Source: Dehalococcoidia bacterium (GTDB lineage Bacteria > Chloroflexota > Dehalococcoidia > Bin125). Taken from it: a stretch of 64,000 nt of DNA. The stretch lies in the NCBI GenBank assembly GCA_963663895.2, contig CAXXRD010000001.1, positions 384,001 through 448,000 of the forward strand, given 5' to 3'. This document shows, piece by piece, positions 1 through 10,773 of this stretch. A program made the translations under genes and the position numbers. The first letter of the stretch is position 1; the number at the start of each line of letters is the position of its first letter. Below the pieces are notes generated by a model. It was not told the DNA's origin. It saw nothing but the letters and a program-made list of their open reading frames with translations, and did not search any database.

Positions 1-516
1 GTCGGCGGGTCGGTGCCGCGCAACTACATCCCCGCCGTTGCGAAAGGGGTGACGGAGGCCCTCACAACGGGCGTGGTGGCGCGTTACCCGCTGACCGACA
101 TCAAGGTGACGCTCTATGACGGCAAGCACCACGACGTCGACTCCAGCGACATGGCCTTCAAGCTGGCCGGCAGCCAAGCGCTCAAAGAGGCGTCGCAGAA
201 GGCCCGCCCGATCCTGCTCGAGCCGATCCTCGGTATTCGCATCGCAGTGCCAGACACGGCCACCGGTGATGTGATGAGCGACCTCAACAGCCGGCGAGCC
301 CGTGTCTTGGGCATGGAGCCGGCAAGCGAAGGGCACACGACGATCGTCGCCGAGGGGCCGATGGCGGAGTTCCGCCGCTATGCCACCGAACTGCGCTCCA
401 TTACCGGTGGCCGCGGCACGTTCAACTCAACTTTCGAGCGCTACGATCCGGTTCCCGATCACGTGAGCAAGAAGGTCGTGGACGCCGCCGAAGAAGAGTC
501 GGCCAACCTGCACTAG
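1..516 (+). CDS. fusA: Elongation factor G (or EF-G-like paralog), C-terminal domains IV-V, truncated by window start
   Basis: GGSVPRNYIPAV, LYDGKHHDVDSSDMAFKLAG, ILLEPI, GDVMSDLNSRR, LRSITGGRG motifs. Confidence 0.9.
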   Translation, partial: VGGSVPRNYIPAVAKGVTEALTTGVVARYPLTDIKVTLYDGKHHDVDSSDMAFKLAGSQALKEASQKARPILLEPILGIRIAVPDTATGDVMSDLNSRRARVLGMEPASEGHTTIVAEGPMAEFRRYATELRSITGGRGTFNSTFERYDPVPDHVSKKVVDAAEEESANLH

Positions 517-1550
517 AGTTCCTTGCGCCATTCGCCCTGGGGCCGGAAGGTCGCAGCGATCGGAAGCACTTCCTCCGCTACGCGGTACAGCTGCTCTTTG
601 AGCTCATCCACGCTGCGCGACGGGCAGTCAAGGTGGAGCACCATCAGACAGTAGCCGTGCTCGGCAAAGCGCTCCAGGTCGGAGAGAACCTGTTCCGGCG
701 TGCCGCCGCAGATCGGGCGCGGGACCTTCCTGCCATGGGGATCATCGGCGTCGGTGACCCGCGCGGAAACGCTGCCGAGCAGCGCGAACTGCGAGAGGTC
801 GCGTCCGTTACGGTCGGCTTCTCGTCGGATGATCTCTAGCAGCGAATCCTTATCTTCGGGCCGAGCCTTGGGCGACGGGAACATGGGATAGAGGCCGTCG
901 CAGCTCCGCGCCGCCACACGGGCGCCCAGCGGAGTAGTGCCGCCGTAGATGATGGGCGGATGGGGACGCTGCAGCGGTTTCGGATCCATCGAGAGATCCT
1001 GGAAGCGATAGTGCTGGCCTTGGAAAGAGACCAGCTCGCTCTCCTGGTCCCAGGCACGCTTGTAGATCTCGATGCACTCCTCGGTCATTGAGACCCGATC
1101 CTCAAAGCGCAATCCCAGCCCTTCGAACTCCTCGCGACACCAGCCCGCGCCTACGCCCATGATCAGGCGTCCGTTGGAGAGATGGTCGATCGTGGAAAAC
1201 TGCCGCGCGTCATGCATGGGCGGGCGATAGGGCGCGATGAGGACCGAGGGGGCCATCTTGATACGCGTCGTCGTCGCCGCGACGGCACCCATCACGGCGG
1301 CGCCGTCCAGCATCACCGGCCGAGCCGGATAGTGCCGCTTGCCCGTGTCGGGGTTGGCATAGGTGATTGGGACAGACTGAGGCGGCATGGCGACGTGATC
1401 CGAGAACCAAAGCGAGTGGAAGCCGTTCTCTTCACCGATCCGCGCGATCTCCAACGGCTCCATCTCCGGAGCCGGGATCGGCTGCAGCCACCAGTCGTCG
1501 TCGTCGCGGATACCAAGCCCGTGGGTGTCCATGAAATAGCCGATCTGCAT
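513..1550 (-). CDS. LLM (luciferase-like) class oxidoreductase, probably F420-dependent type
   Basis: GFHSLWFSDHV, DHLSNGRLIMGVGAGW, PKPLQRPHPPI. Confidence 0.85.
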   Translation of the reverse strand: MQIGYFMDTHGLGIRDDDDWWLQPIPAPEMEPLEIARIGEENGFHSLWFSDHVAMPPQSVPITYANPDTGKRHYPARPVMLDGAAVMGAVAATTTRIKMAPSVLIAPYRPPMHDARQFSTIDHLSNGRLIMGVGAGWCREEFEGLGLRFEDRVSMTEECIEIYKRAWDQESELVSFQGQHYRFQDLSMDPKPLQRPHPPIIYGGTTPLGARVAARSCDGLYPMFPSPKARPEDKDSLLEIIRREADRNGRDLSQFALLGSVSARVTDADDPHGRKVPRPICGGTPEQVLSDLERFAEHGYCLMVLHLDCPSRSVDELKEQLYRVAEEVLPIAATFRPQGEWRKEL

Positions 1551-1579
1551 CGCCTGCCTCCCTTTCGATGCTGCACGTG

Positions 1580-2431
1580 CTAACGGCTGAGCACGGCCTG
1601 CACAACCTGCATTCGATCGCTCTCCAACGCGATGCGGACGTTGCGGGCCATCACCCTAAACGCCTCCGCTGGGACGGCGCAGTTGCGGGCCGGGGTTGGG
1701 CTCTCCGCTCCAGACCGAGACGGCCGTTGCGCCGCGATCCAGGCGCGCGCGTTGACGGTATCGTCGTTCCAGGCGAGAGCCCGGAATCCCGCCGCCGCGA
1801 GCTGATCACGCATCTGCGGCGCACGGACCAAGTGACTGATGGTAGCGTCATCCGCCCAGGGGACGGGGAAGTCGGGGGCACCGGCTGGCCCCGCGACGAT
1901 CTCGTAGCAAGCGTAGCGTCCACCCGGCTTGAGGACGCGCCGCAGTTGCGCATAGACGCCGGCCTTATCCGCGATGTTCATGAGGGCGTGCTGGCTCCAG
2001 ACCAGATCGAAGCTCGCGTCCGCAAACGGCAGGGTGAGCGCCTCGCCCTGTAAGAAACGGACCTGATCGGAGAGCCTCGTGCGCGCCGTCAGCATCGCCG
2101 CAACGCGGCAGAACTCCTCGACGAGGTCAATCCCCGTGACGCGGCAGCCGAAGGCGTGAGCGAGAGCGCGAGCGGGCCCGCCAATGCCACTGCCGATATC
2201 CAGCACCTGCATATCGGCGCCGACCTCCGCCAACGTCGCGAGCTCTCGAGTGGCCGTATCGCCGCGCAGGTGGAACTGGTCGAACGGCTCAAGGTCCTCC
2301 GGCCTGAGCCCGTCGATCGGCTTGCCCGACTCCCGCAGGCTCGCGAGCATTCGCTCGTTGAGGTCGCCGGTGGTGTAGTGACGGCTGATGGCGGCCCGGC
2401 TGCTCGTCACGAGCCGCTTTTCAGTGCGCAA
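1580..2431 (-). CDS. Class I SAM-dependent methyltransferase
   Basis: VLDIGSGIGGPAR, LPFADASFDLVW, RVLKPGG; start uncertain. Confidence 0.85.
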   Translation of the reverse strand: MRTEKRLVTSSRAAISRHYTTGDLNERMLASLRESGKPIDGLRPEDLEPFDQFHLRGDTATRELATLAEVGADMQVLDIGSGIGGPARALAHAFGCRVTGIDLVEEFCRVAAMLTARTRLSDQVRFLQGEALTLPFADASFDLVWSQHALMNIADKAGVYAQLRRVLKPGGRYACYEIVAGPAGAPDFPVPWADDATISHLVRAPQMRDQLAAAGFRALAWNDDTVNARAWIAAQRPSRSGAESPTPARNCAVPAEAFRVMARNVRIALESDRMQVVQAVLSR

Positions 2432-3680
2432 CGACGCGCAGCCAGCGGCGCTTGCCGATCTTGAGGATATCGCCAGGCGAGAGGCGCACCTGGGGCGCCT
2501 CGAATGGCTGGCCGTCGCGCTGGACGCCGCCTTGTCCTACAAGACGCTTCACCTCGGCCTTGCTCTTGACGACGCCGGCAGTTGTGAGAAGGACGGCGAG
2601 GTCCACTTCGGCAGTGGCGCCGTCGAAGCGAAGCGCCACCTCCTGCATCTCCGCCGGCGCTTCCCGCTTGGAGAAGACGCGCTTGAACTGCGCGGCGGCG
2701 GCATCCGCCGCCGCCGCGCCATGCCACTCGCGCACGACGGCACGGGCAAGGCGCCGCTTCGCTTCCATCGGATGCAGGTCCCCGGTCGCCAAGTCGCGCT
2801 CGAGCGCGGCGACCTCGTCCGCAGGCAGGTTCGTGCCCAGCGTGAAGAACTGCGGGAGGGCCGCATCCGGGATGGACATCGTTTTGCCGTATTGCTCGTC
2901 CGGAGGCTCGTCGATACCGATGTGGTTGCCCTGGCTCTTGGACATGCGCGCCTTGCCGTCGAGGCCGACGAGGATGGGGAAGGTGATGGCGACCTGCGGC
3001 GGCTGGCCGTGGGCGCGCTGTAGAATCCGGCCGGCGATCAGGTTGAAGGTTTGGTCCGTCCCCCCGATCTGCACGTCGGCACGGAGGGCCACGGCATCGT
3101 AGCCTTGCATCAGCCCGTACATGAACTCATGCACATAGACCGGGGCGCCCCGATCGAGCCGCCGGGCGAAGGTATCGCGCTCCATGAACTGGGCGACCGT
3201 GAAGTGACTCGCCAAGCGGATGACCGAAGCGAAATCGAGCCCCCCGAGCCACTCGCTGTTGCGCCGCACCTCGGTGCGCTCGGGATCTAACACCTTGAAC
3301 GCTTGCTCCTGATAGCCGCGGGCGTTCTCCTGAAGCTGCTCCATGGTCGACATCGGGCGCAGGGCGTCCTTGTCGGAGGGATCCCCCACAAGACCCGTGA
3401 AATCGCCGATGAGGAGAATCGCCTGATGGCCCAATTCCGCAAAAGTGCGCAGCTTGCGCAGTCCCACGACATGGCCCAAGTGCAGATCCGGGGCAGTCGG
3501 GTCGACACCCAAGTAGACCCGCAAGGGCTGCTCTTCGCGGATCGATACGGCCAGCCGCTCGCTTAACTCGCGCTCCATGGTAACGCGCGTCTCCGCGTCG
3601 CCAAAGACGGTGCCGCGCATGATCAGGGCGTGCTGGCGCTCGACCTCCGCCTGGAGCGCCGGGCTGCCCTCGCCGCTCAT
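2421..3680 (-). CDS. tyrS: Tyrosine--tRNA ligase
   Basis: YLGVDPTAPDLHLGH (HIGH), QGYD, GGTDQTFN, RMSKS (KMSKS), C-terminal S4 domain. Confidence 0.95.
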   Translation of the reverse strand: MSGEGSPALQAEVERQHALIMRGTVFGDAETRVTMERELSERLAVSIREEQPLRVYLGVDPTAPDLHLGHVVGLRKLRTFAELGHQAILLIGDFTGLVGDPSDKDALRPMSTMEQLQENARGYQEQAFKVLDPERTEVRRNSEWLGGLDFASVIRLASHFTVAQFMERDTFARRLDRGAPVYVHEFMYGLMQGYDAVALRADVQIGGTDQTFNLIAGRILQRAHGQPPQVAITFPILVGLDGKARMSKSQGNHIGIDEPPDEQYGKTMSIPDAALPQFFTLGTNLPADEVAALERDLATGDLHPMEAKRRLARAVVREWHGAAAADAAAAQFKRVFSKREAPAEMQEVALRFDGATAEVDLAVLLTTAGVVKSKAEVKRLVGQGGVQRDGQPFEAPQVRLSPGDILKIGKRRWLRVVAH

Positions 3681-4609
3681 ACGCCCAGGACCGCACGGGC
3701 AGCGGCGGAGTCGCGCTTCATCTGCGCGACCAAGGCGTCGGCACCGTCAAACTTCCGCTCACCACGGAGGCGCGCAGCGAATTCGATGCGCAAGTCTCGC
3801 TTGTAGAGGTCGCCGTCGAAGTCGAAGACGTGGCACTCGATCGACAAGGCCGCGTCATCGTTGAAGGTCGGCCGGACGCCGATATTGGTGACCGAGGGCA
3901 GGGGAGCGCCTGCCACGCGGGCAATGGTCGCGTAAACGCCGACCGCAGGCAACGCGCGGTCCGCGCCGACGGCGATGTTGGCGGTGGGAAATCCAATCGT
4001 GCGGCCACGCTGGACGCCATAAATGACGGGACCATGGAGGGAAAAGCGGCGGCTGAGCAATGCGTTCACCTGGTCGATCGCACCCGTGCTGAGCGCCCGG
4101 CGGATATCGGTGGAGGATATCTTGCCCTCGGCCTCCTCCAGCAGCTCGATCACCTCGACCGTGAAGCGGAGCTCTCGGCCAAGCGCGCGCAGCGTCTCCG
4201 GATCGCCGCCACGGCAGCGACCGAGAGCGAAATCAGGGCCGATCACCAAGTGCCTCATCTGCAGGTGCTCGACGAGCAAGCCGACGAAGTCGGCGGCATC
4301 CGTCTGAGCGAGCTCGGAGGTAAACGTGACCGGGACGACGCAAGGGAGGCCGAGGCCGTGCAGCAGGTCGAGACGGTCCTCCAGACTGGTGATGTAGGAG
4401 ATTTGGACGGCGGGAGTGATCACTTGCCGCGGGTGAGGGTGGAGCGTAACGACGCCAGGAGCGAGATCGGTTCGCTTCGCGCTCTCAATGAGCCGCGCCA
4501 TAAGCGCCTGATGGCCGCGGTGGACGCCGTCGAAGATGCCGAGCGTGAGGGCAGTAGGCTGGCCGACCGCAGCGCGCTGCAACTCCTCACGCGCCAATGC
4601 GGTGCTCAA
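3677..4609 (-). CDS. ribF: Bifunctional riboflavin kinase/FAD synthetase
   Basis: GIFDGVHRGHQ, ISSTDIR, GRTIGFPTAN, NIGVRPTF, LRGERKF. Confidence 0.95.
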   Translation of the reverse strand: MSTALAREELQRAAVGQPTALTLGIFDGVHRGHQALMARLIESAKRTDLAPGVVTLHPHPRQVITPAVQISYITSLEDRLDLLHGLGLPCVVPVTFTSELAQTDAADFVGLLVEHLQMRHLVIGPDFALGRCRGGDPETLRALGRELRFTVEVIELLEEAEGKISSTDIRRALSTGAIDQVNALLSRRFSLHGPVIYGVQRGRTIGFPTANIAVGADRALPAVGVYATIARVAGAPLPSVTNIGVRPTFNDDAALSIECHVFDFDGDLYKRDLRIEFAARLRGERKFDGADALVAQMKRDSAAARAVLGV

Positions 4610-4684
4610 GAGTGCTCCCCTTCGCGCGGTCGCTGCCGCGAGCGTTACCGTACCACGCGCACTGCTTCGGATCGGAGGTGTGGC

Positions 4685-5476
4685 TTACGCTTCCGGGTCC
4701 GCTGCAGACGGCGTCTCCGCTCCCGGTGCGGAGACCTGCTGGCTGGCGGCGGGCCGCAACTCGACCAAGATATCCCCGTAGCTCTCGTCCTGCTGCATCT
4801 CGATCGCGCGCGATTTATAGAGCTCCAAGATGGCGAGGAACGTGACAATCACCTCGATGCGGGTCTCCGCATCCGCAATCCAGCGCCGGAACGAGAGCTG
4901 CGTGCCAGGCCGCAGACGGGCCCGCAGATCCGAGACACGCTGCTCAACGGTGAGAGGCTCGCGCTGCAGCTCGACTGCTTGCTTGGGCTTCCGCGCCGCC
5001 GCGCGGGCCAACGCCTCGTGAACCAAGCGGGAGAGCAGATCTAGGGTGAGGCTATCCGGCAGACTCTGGGGAGCGCGGCTCTTGGGAGCCGTCACGGAGC
5101 GAGTCGGGAAGGCGCGCAGGCCGCTGGAGTCGATGGTGTGCAGGACGCCGACGGCCTCGCGATAGCGCTGGTATTCCTCCAGCATCTGAACGAGCTCGCG
5201 GCCGACATCCTCGTCCTCTTCGTCTGCGTCAGCAGCCTCACCGGGGAGCAGTGCCCGTGACTTCAGTAGCATGAGTCGAGCGCCGATGACGATGAAATCG
5301 GCGAGAGACTCCACCTTGTCGGCGCCGCGTCCCTCTCCAAGCGCCTCCACACTGGCGAGGTATTGGTCCGTGACCTGGAGGAGGGACACCTCCGAGATAT
5401 CGAGCTGGTTCTCTTCGATCAACTGGAGCAAAAGCTCCAGCGGTCCCTCAAAACCAGTAATGCGCAGCTCAACCAT
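4685..5476 (-). CDS. scpA: Segregation and condensation protein A
   Basis: FEGPLELLLQLI, KSRALLP, IVTFLAILEL. Confidence 0.92.
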   Translation of the reverse strand: MVELRITGFEGPLELLLQLIEENQLDISEVSLLQVTDQYLASVEALGEGRGADKVESLADFIVIGARLMLLKSRALLPGEAADADEEDEDVGRELVQMLEEYQRYREAVGVLHTIDSSGLRAFPTRSVTAPKSRAPQSLPDSLTLDLLSRLVHEALARAAARKPKQAVELQREPLTVEQRVSDLRARLRPGTQLSFRRWIADAETRIEVIVTFLAILELYKSRAIEMQQDESYGDILVELRPAASQQVSAPGAETPSAADPEA

Positions 5477-5568
5477 CTCACAGCAGCGTACACCGCCAGC
5501 CGGGCAGTCCTGACCGCGGGGCGCATCCGTGGGGGCGTTGCCGGAGATCAGCCTCCGACAGGGAAGTG

Positions 5569-6627
5569 TCAGACGGCCGAAGGGTCTCGGCGCGAAGCGG
5601 GCGGCTGGGGTGCCAAGTGCCGGTTCAGAGCCTCCGATACCGGCGAGAGGCTACGGACCATCGCGGCGAAATTCTCAAAAGTGAGCGACTGCGCCCCATC
5701 GGAGAGGGCATGATCTGGGCGGGGATGGACCTCGACCATCAAGCCATCCGCGCCCACGGCGACGGCGGCGCGCGCCATCGGTTGCACCAGCTTCCAACGA
5801 CCGGTGCCGTGGCTGGGATCACAGACGATGGGAAGGTGGCTCAGATCCTTGACCAGCGCGATAGCGGCGAGATCCAGCGTGTTGCGCGTCGCGGTCTCGA
5901 AGGTGCGGATGCCTCGCTCGCAGAGGATCACCTCATGGTTGCCGCGCGCCATGATGTACTCCGCCGCCAGCAGCCACTCTTCGATGGTGCCGCTCAAGGC
6001 GCGCTTGAGCATGACCGGCTTAGGGACGCAGCCAACCTCGTCGAGCAGGTTGAAGTTCTGCATGTTGCGCGCGCCGATCTGCAGGATGTCCGCGTAGCGC
6101 GCGACTAGCTCCATGTCTTCTACCGCCATCACCTCCGTGATCACGGGCAGGCCCGACTCCGCCCGCGCCGTGGCGAGGTGTTTCAAGCCTTCCTCGCCCA
6201 ACCCTCGGAAAGCGTAGGGCGAGCTGCGTGGCTTGAAGGCGCCGCCGCGCAGCACGTGCGCACCAGCTGCCGCGACCGCCCTGGCGGTCGTCACCATGTG
6301 CTCCTCGCTCTCAATGCTGCAAGGACCCGCCATGACCACAAAGGAGCCATCGCCGATGCGCACGCCGCCCACTTCGATGATGGTGTCGCGCGGCTTGAAT
6401 TCCCGACCGGCGAGCTTGTACGGGCGGCTAATCGGGACGACCGACTCGACGCCGGTCATCGTTCCGATCGCGGTACGAATCTCGGGATCGACCACCCGAC
6501 CAACCGCGCCGATCACGATGCGCTCCGCGCCCGCCGACAGGTGACCTTCCAGGTTGGCCTCCTTCAGCCGGTCGAGTACGGCCTGCACCTGCACTGGGGG
6601 AACCCCGGTTTCCATGATTACCAACAT
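5569..6627 (-). CDS. aroF: DAHP synthase (class I-beta, N-terminal regulatory domain)
   Basis: [44 protein letters not shown]. Confidence 0.95.
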   Translation of the reverse strand: MLVIMETGVPPVQVQAVLDRLKEANLEGHLSAGAERIVIGAVGRVVDPEIRTAIGTMTGVESVVPISRPYKLAGREFKPRDTIIEVGGVRIGDGSFVVMAGPCSIESEEHMVTTARAVAAAGAHVLRGGAFKPRSSPYAFRGLGEEGLKHLATARAESGLPVITEVMAVEDMELVARYADILQIGARNMQNFNLLDEVGCVPKPVMLKRALSGTIEEWLLAAEYIMARGNHEVILCERGIRTFETATRNTLDLAAIALVKDLSHLPIVCDPSHGTGRWKLVQPMARAAVAVGADGLMVEVHPRPDHALSDGAQSLTFENFAAMVRSLSPVSEALNRHLAPQPPASRRDPSAV

Positions 6628-6663
6628 CGTTCATTCCCTCTTGGAACGGCAACGCCGCGAGCG

Positions 6664-7062
6664 TCACTCCTGTGCGTCATTGTCGCCGGAAACGTCAGGC
6701 CGCAGAGCCGTGGCTCCGCGCAGATAGACATGCTGCATCTCGGATTGCTCCCTGTCGGTGTTGAGATGGACGAGGACACGCAAGCAGCGCTCCAGGCCGC
6801 CGGGAACGCGCATCTCGTGCCCGCACATCAGTGCCACGTTGTCCCAGCCGATCTCCCGAGCGGCGACAGCGGGAAATTCCGCGTCCAGGTCCGTGGTGGT
6901 CGTGAACAAGGCAGAGGCCACGTGCGCCGAGACGATGCCGTTGCGCGCGATCAATGCTTCAAGCAACTCCCGCGCTGCGGCCACGATCGCCTCGCGCGTA
7001 TTGTGCTCCACCGTCGTAGCGCCCCGAATTCCGCAGAGGCGGAGGGGGCGTGCGTCGCCCAT
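6664..7062 (-). CDS. aroH: Chorismate mutase, AroH class
   Basis: [36 protein letters not shown]; ATG at 7062 with AAGGA upstream. Confidence 0.92.
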   Translation of the reverse strand: MGDARPLRLCGIRGATTVEHNTREAIVAAARELLEALIARNGIVSAHVASALFTTTTDLDAEFPAVAAREIGWDNVALMCGHEMRVPGGLERCLRVLVHLNTDREQSEMQHVYLRGATALRPDVSGDNDAQE

Positions 7063-7185
7063 GCAAAGTTCCTTGGATAGAGGCTGGCTGATCGTGCGGG
7101 TTGGCCGCTCAGGCGAGCCCGAAGCCGCCGGCTGCCGCATCGACGCGATACGCGGGGCGAGGCCGCAACCGTCGCAGGCAAGGCC

Positions 7186-8025
7186 TCATCGCAACTCCTC
7201 GTCGATCCGGCGGCCGGTGACCACCTCTACGAACTCTTGCAGCTTAGTCGGCCGCTGCGCCTTGTCTGCCGCCGCAATCACATCGATCAGGGCGCTGCCG
7301 ACGACGGCAGCCTCACATAATCCGCCGATAGTTTCAAGCTGCGCACGACTTGATAGGCCGAAACCCACGGCGATCGGCAGGCGGACGCCGGCGCGAACGC
7401 GGGCAACGCAGTCGACCAGGTCGGGGGGAAGCTGCGAGCGGGCGCCGGTGACGCCGGTGACGCTGACCAGGTAGACGAAACCGGAGGCGCGCCGGGCGAC
7501 GGCGCGGATGCGGGCCTCCGTGCTGGTGGGCGCGAGGAGATAGATCAGGTGAAGCCCATGCCGGGCAAGAGGCGCGCGCAAAGGATCGGACTCCTCGGGA
7601 GGGAGATCGACGATCAGCAACCCATCGACGCCGGCGGTCGCAGCATCGCGGGCCAGCGCGGACAGACCGGCCCCGCCGGCGTAAGCGAGGAAAGGATTGA
7701 GGTAGCCCATCAGGGTGATGGGAATCTCGACCCCAGCTTCACGCAACTTTGCGACGGTCTCCACCGCAAAGGCGAGGGAGGCGCCGCCCTGCAATGCGGC
7801 CATGTTCGCGCGCTGAATCGTGGGACCGTCTGCCAGCGGGTCACTGAACGGCACTCCAAGCTCGAGCGCACCAGCCCCCCCGCGCACGAGCGCTTGGACG
7901 AGAGCGACGGTCTCATCACGGCTCGGATAGCCGACGGTGAGAAACGGCATGAAGAGCGGGCGGCCTTCGGCGCGGGCGGCGCCGAAAGCCTCCGCGTAGC
8001 GAGACGACAGGGCGCGAGCGCTCAT
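7186..8025 (-). CDS. trpA: Tryptophan synthase alpha chain
   Basis: ELGVPFSDPLADGPTIQ, VDLPPEE, YLVSVTGVTG. Confidence 0.95.
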   Translation of the reverse strand: MSARALSSRYAEAFGAARAEGRPLFMPFLTVGYPSRDETVALVQALVRGGAGALELGVPFSDPLADGPTIQRANMAALQGGASLAFAVETVAKLREAGVEIPITLMGYLNPFLAYAGGAGLSALARDAATAGVDGLLIVDLPPEESDPLRAPLARHGLHLIYLLAPTSTEARIRAVARRASGFVYLVSVTGVTGARSQLPPDLVDCVARVRAGVRLPIAVGFGLSSRAQLETIGGLCEAAVVGSALIDVIAAADKAQRPTKLQEFVEVVTGRRIDEELR

Positions 8026-8831
8026 CCGACCCCCCGATCGAAGACCAACACCACGAAGCTAATCGCGTTGAAGAGTCCGTGCGCCAGGATGGCGCCGTTG
8101 AGCGAACGCGAGCGCCAGTAGACCAGCGCAAACACCACCCCCACGACCGCGAAGGGGATCAGGCTACCCGGGTCGAAGTGAACGGCCGCGAAGAGCGCCG
8201 AGCTGGCCAGCGCCCCGGCGACGACGCCGAAGCGCCGGCCCAGCCCGGCAAAAATGAAACCGCGGTAGAAGATCTCCTCGGCGATGGGCGCCACAAGCAC
8301 GACCAAGATGCCGGTAAGAACAACGAGGCTCACCGAAGCGTAGATCGCATCGTTGTCGATGCTGGAGACAGGTTCCAGATCTTCAACGCCCGCAACCTCC
8401 ACGATCCCCACGTAGAGCCAGACCACCGCCATCGCGCCGACCAAACCGGCGATCCCCCACCCGAGGTCACGGGCGGCGGGACGGCGGAATCCGAGGCGGG
8501 CGAGCGCGCGCCGCCCGCCGCCGAGGAGCATGATCGGCAAGGCAACGAGCGCCAGGAGATCGATGACGAGCGTAGTCAGGAAGCCGGCCCAGAGCTTCTC
8601 CCGATCGGAAGCGTCCGGCTCGATCGCCTCCAAAGCGCCGACAGCGGCGATGGTGAGAAGGAAGACGATCGCTAGGGCGATCACCAAACCCGTCCAGACG
8701 GTGCGGACGCCGAAGCCGGCTCCAAGCCAGCTCTCCGCAGGACCCGGAGCGGCCGGCGCGGGATCGGCTTGGCGATAGGGATCCGGCGGTGGGAGCGGAG
8801 CGTCGGGGAACGTGTCCTGCGACGGCTTCAC
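8022..8831 (-). CDS. CPBP (CAAX/Abi) family intramembrane metalloprotease
   Basis: APIAEEIFYRG, FAAVH, AHGLFN motifs; multiple TM segments; start estimated at GTG 8831. Confidence 0.85.
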   Translation of the reverse strand: MKPSQDTFPDAPLPPPDPYRQADPAPAAPGPAESWLGAGFGVRTVWTGLVIALAIVFLLTIAAVGALEAIEPDASDREKLWAGFLTTLVIDLLALVALPIMLLGGGRRALARLGFRRPAARDLGWGIAGLVGAMAVVWLYVGIVEVAGVEDLEPVSSIDNDAIYASVSLVVLTGILVVLVAPIAEEIFYRGFIFAGLGRRFGVVAGALASSALFAAVHFDPGSLIPFAVVGVVFALVYWRSRSLNGAILAHGLFNAISFVVLVFDRGVG

Positions 8832-8854
8832 GACGGCAGCCCGGCAGCCAAGGG

Positions 8855-10066
8855 TCAGGAAAGCCGCGCCGCGCCGAGGTCGACGCCGCGCCGCGCGAGC
8901 GCATCCTGCACGATGCTCATGTCCTTGTCGCCGCGTCCACTCAGGCAGAGCGCTATGCACGTGCCCGCATCGAGTGACGGCGCCAGCTTGGCAAGGTAGG
9001 CCAAGGCGTGGCTGGGCTCCAGCGCCGGCACAATCCCCTCCGTACGACTCAACAGCTGAAAGCCGTCGAGCGCCTCGTCGTCCGTGACGGCGACGTATTC
9101 GGCGCGCTCACGCAATTTGAGCCACGCGTGCTCCGGACCAACGCCCGGGTAGTCGAGACCGGCGGAAATACTGTGCGCCTCCTCGATCTGGCCGTCGGAA
9201 TCCTGCAGCAGATAGGAGCGCGTGCCATGAAGCACGCCCGGCCGGCCGAGCGTGAGGGTAGCCGCGTTGCGGCCATCAAGGCCTTCACCCGCCGCTTCGA
9301 CGCCGATCAGGCGTACATCGTCCTCGACGAAGGGATGAAACATGCCAATGGCATTGCTGCCCCCGCCCACGCAGGCGATCACGATATCGGGAAGGCGGCC
9401 GGTAGCGGTCCGTAGCTGCTCTCTGGTTTCGCGGCCGATGACGGTCTGTAGATCTCGCACGAGCGTAGGGTAGGGGTGGGGGCCAATAGCGCTCCCCAAA
9501 AGGTAGTACGTGTCACGCACGTTGGTAACCCAGTCGCGGATCGCCTCGTTGATCGCATCCTTGAGCGTGCGGGAGCCGGACTCGACCGCGCGCACTTCGG
9601 CGCCGAGGAGTCGCATGCGGAAGACGTTCAACGCCTGGCGGCGTACGTCCTCCGCACCCATGTAAACGACGCAGTGCAGACCGAAGCGAGCGCAAGCGGT
9701 CGCGGTCGCGACGCCATGCTGACCGGCGCCGGTCTCAGCGATGATCCGTTGCTTGCCCATGCGCTTGGCGAGCAGGGCCTGCCCAAGCGCATTGTTGATC
9801 TTGTGGGCGCCCGTGTGCGCCAGATCCTCACGTTTGAGATAGATCTGGGCGCCACCCAACTCCTCACTGAGGTGGGGAGCGTAGGTGAGGGGGGTGGGGC
9901 GGCCGGCATAGCTCCGAAGGATGGCGCCGAGCTCGCGTTGGTAGGCGGCGTCATTTTTGGCGGCGGCCCAAGCCTCTTCGAGTTCGGCGAGAGCCGGCAT
10001 CAGTACCTCCGGCACGAACTGGCCGCCGAAATCCCCGAAGCGACCGGGCAGCGCGCCCGCGGTCAC
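8855..10066 (-). CDS. trpB: Tryptophan synthase beta chain
   Basis: [49 protein letters not shown]; GTG overlaps trpF stop. Confidence 0.97.
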   Translation of the reverse strand: MTAGALPGRFGDFGGQFVPEVLMPALAELEEAWAAAKNDAAYQRELGAILRSYAGRPTPLTYAPHLSEELGGAQIYLKREDLAHTGAHKINNALGQALLAKRMGKQRIIAETGAGQHGVATATACARFGLHCVVYMGAEDVRRQALNVFRMRLLGAEVRAVESGSRTLKDAINEAIRDWVTNVRDTYYLLGSAIGPHPYPTLVRDLQTVIGRETREQLRTATGRLPDIVIACVGGGSNAIGMFHPFVEDDVRLIGVEAAGEGLDGRNAATLTLGRPGVLHGTRSYLLQDSDGQIEEAHSISAGLDYPGVGPEHAWLKLRERAEYVAVTDDEALDGFQLLSRTEGIVPALEPSHALAYLAKLAPSLDAGTCIALCLSGRGDKDMSIVQDALARRGVDLGAARLS

Positions 10067-10773
10067 GACGGGTCTCGCATCGCCGCCGGCGCCCGCACGG
10101 CGGCCTGGATGAAGGCGGCGATCTCGGCTGGATCCTTGCGACCCGCGCGCTCGACGCCGGAGGAGACGTCGACAGCCCATGGACGGACTTGCGCGACGGC
10201 CGCCGCGACGTTCTCGGGCCCAAGACCGCCAGCGAGCATAAGCGGGCGCTGGGCGGCGACGGCCGCGGCAATACTCCAGTCGAAAGATCGGCCGGATCCA
10301 CCTCGGCGGGCGGCGTCCTGCGTGTCGAGCAGCGTGATGGTGGGCGGCAGGCGCCGCGCCTCCGCCAAGAGACGCTCGGAACTGTCCTCCGGCCCGACGT
10401 GCAGGACGCGGAGAACCGGCCGGTTAAGACGGCCGATCAGCGCCGGATGCTCGCCGCCGCTAAGCTGCACGAGGTCCAAGTCGGCGCCGACGGCGATGCG
10501 ATTAATCGCTTCGGGCGCCTGATCGGCGAAGACGCCCACGAGCAGCGGTCGACCCGCCGCCCTCCGTGCCGCGGTCACCGCGGAGGCTTCCGCATTGAGG
10601 ATGGGAATGCGCGGTCCAAGGCGGGCACGGATCGCGCGGGCCTGCTCCAGCGAAACGCGCCGGGGACTCTCGGCGAAGATCATTCCGACAAAGTCGGCGC
10701 CGCTTGCGACGGCAGCGTCGACATGGACGATCTCGCGCAGCCCGCAGATCTTGACGAGTGGCGGCTCACACAT
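10063..10773 (-). CDS. trpF: Phosphoribosylanthranilate isomerase
   Basis: [33 protein letters not shown]. Confidence 0.93.
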   Translation of the reverse strand: MCEPPLVKICGLREIVHVDAAVASGADFVGMIFAESPRRVSLEQARAIRARLGPRIPILNAEASAVTAARRAAGRPLLVGVFADQAPEAINRIAVGADLDLVQLSGGEHPALIGRLNRPVLRVLHVGPEDSSERLLAEARRLPPTITLLDTQDAARRGGSGRSFDWSIAAAVAAQRPLMLAGGLGPENVAAAVAQVRPWAVDVSSGVERAGRKDPAEIAAFIQAAVRAPAAMRDPS

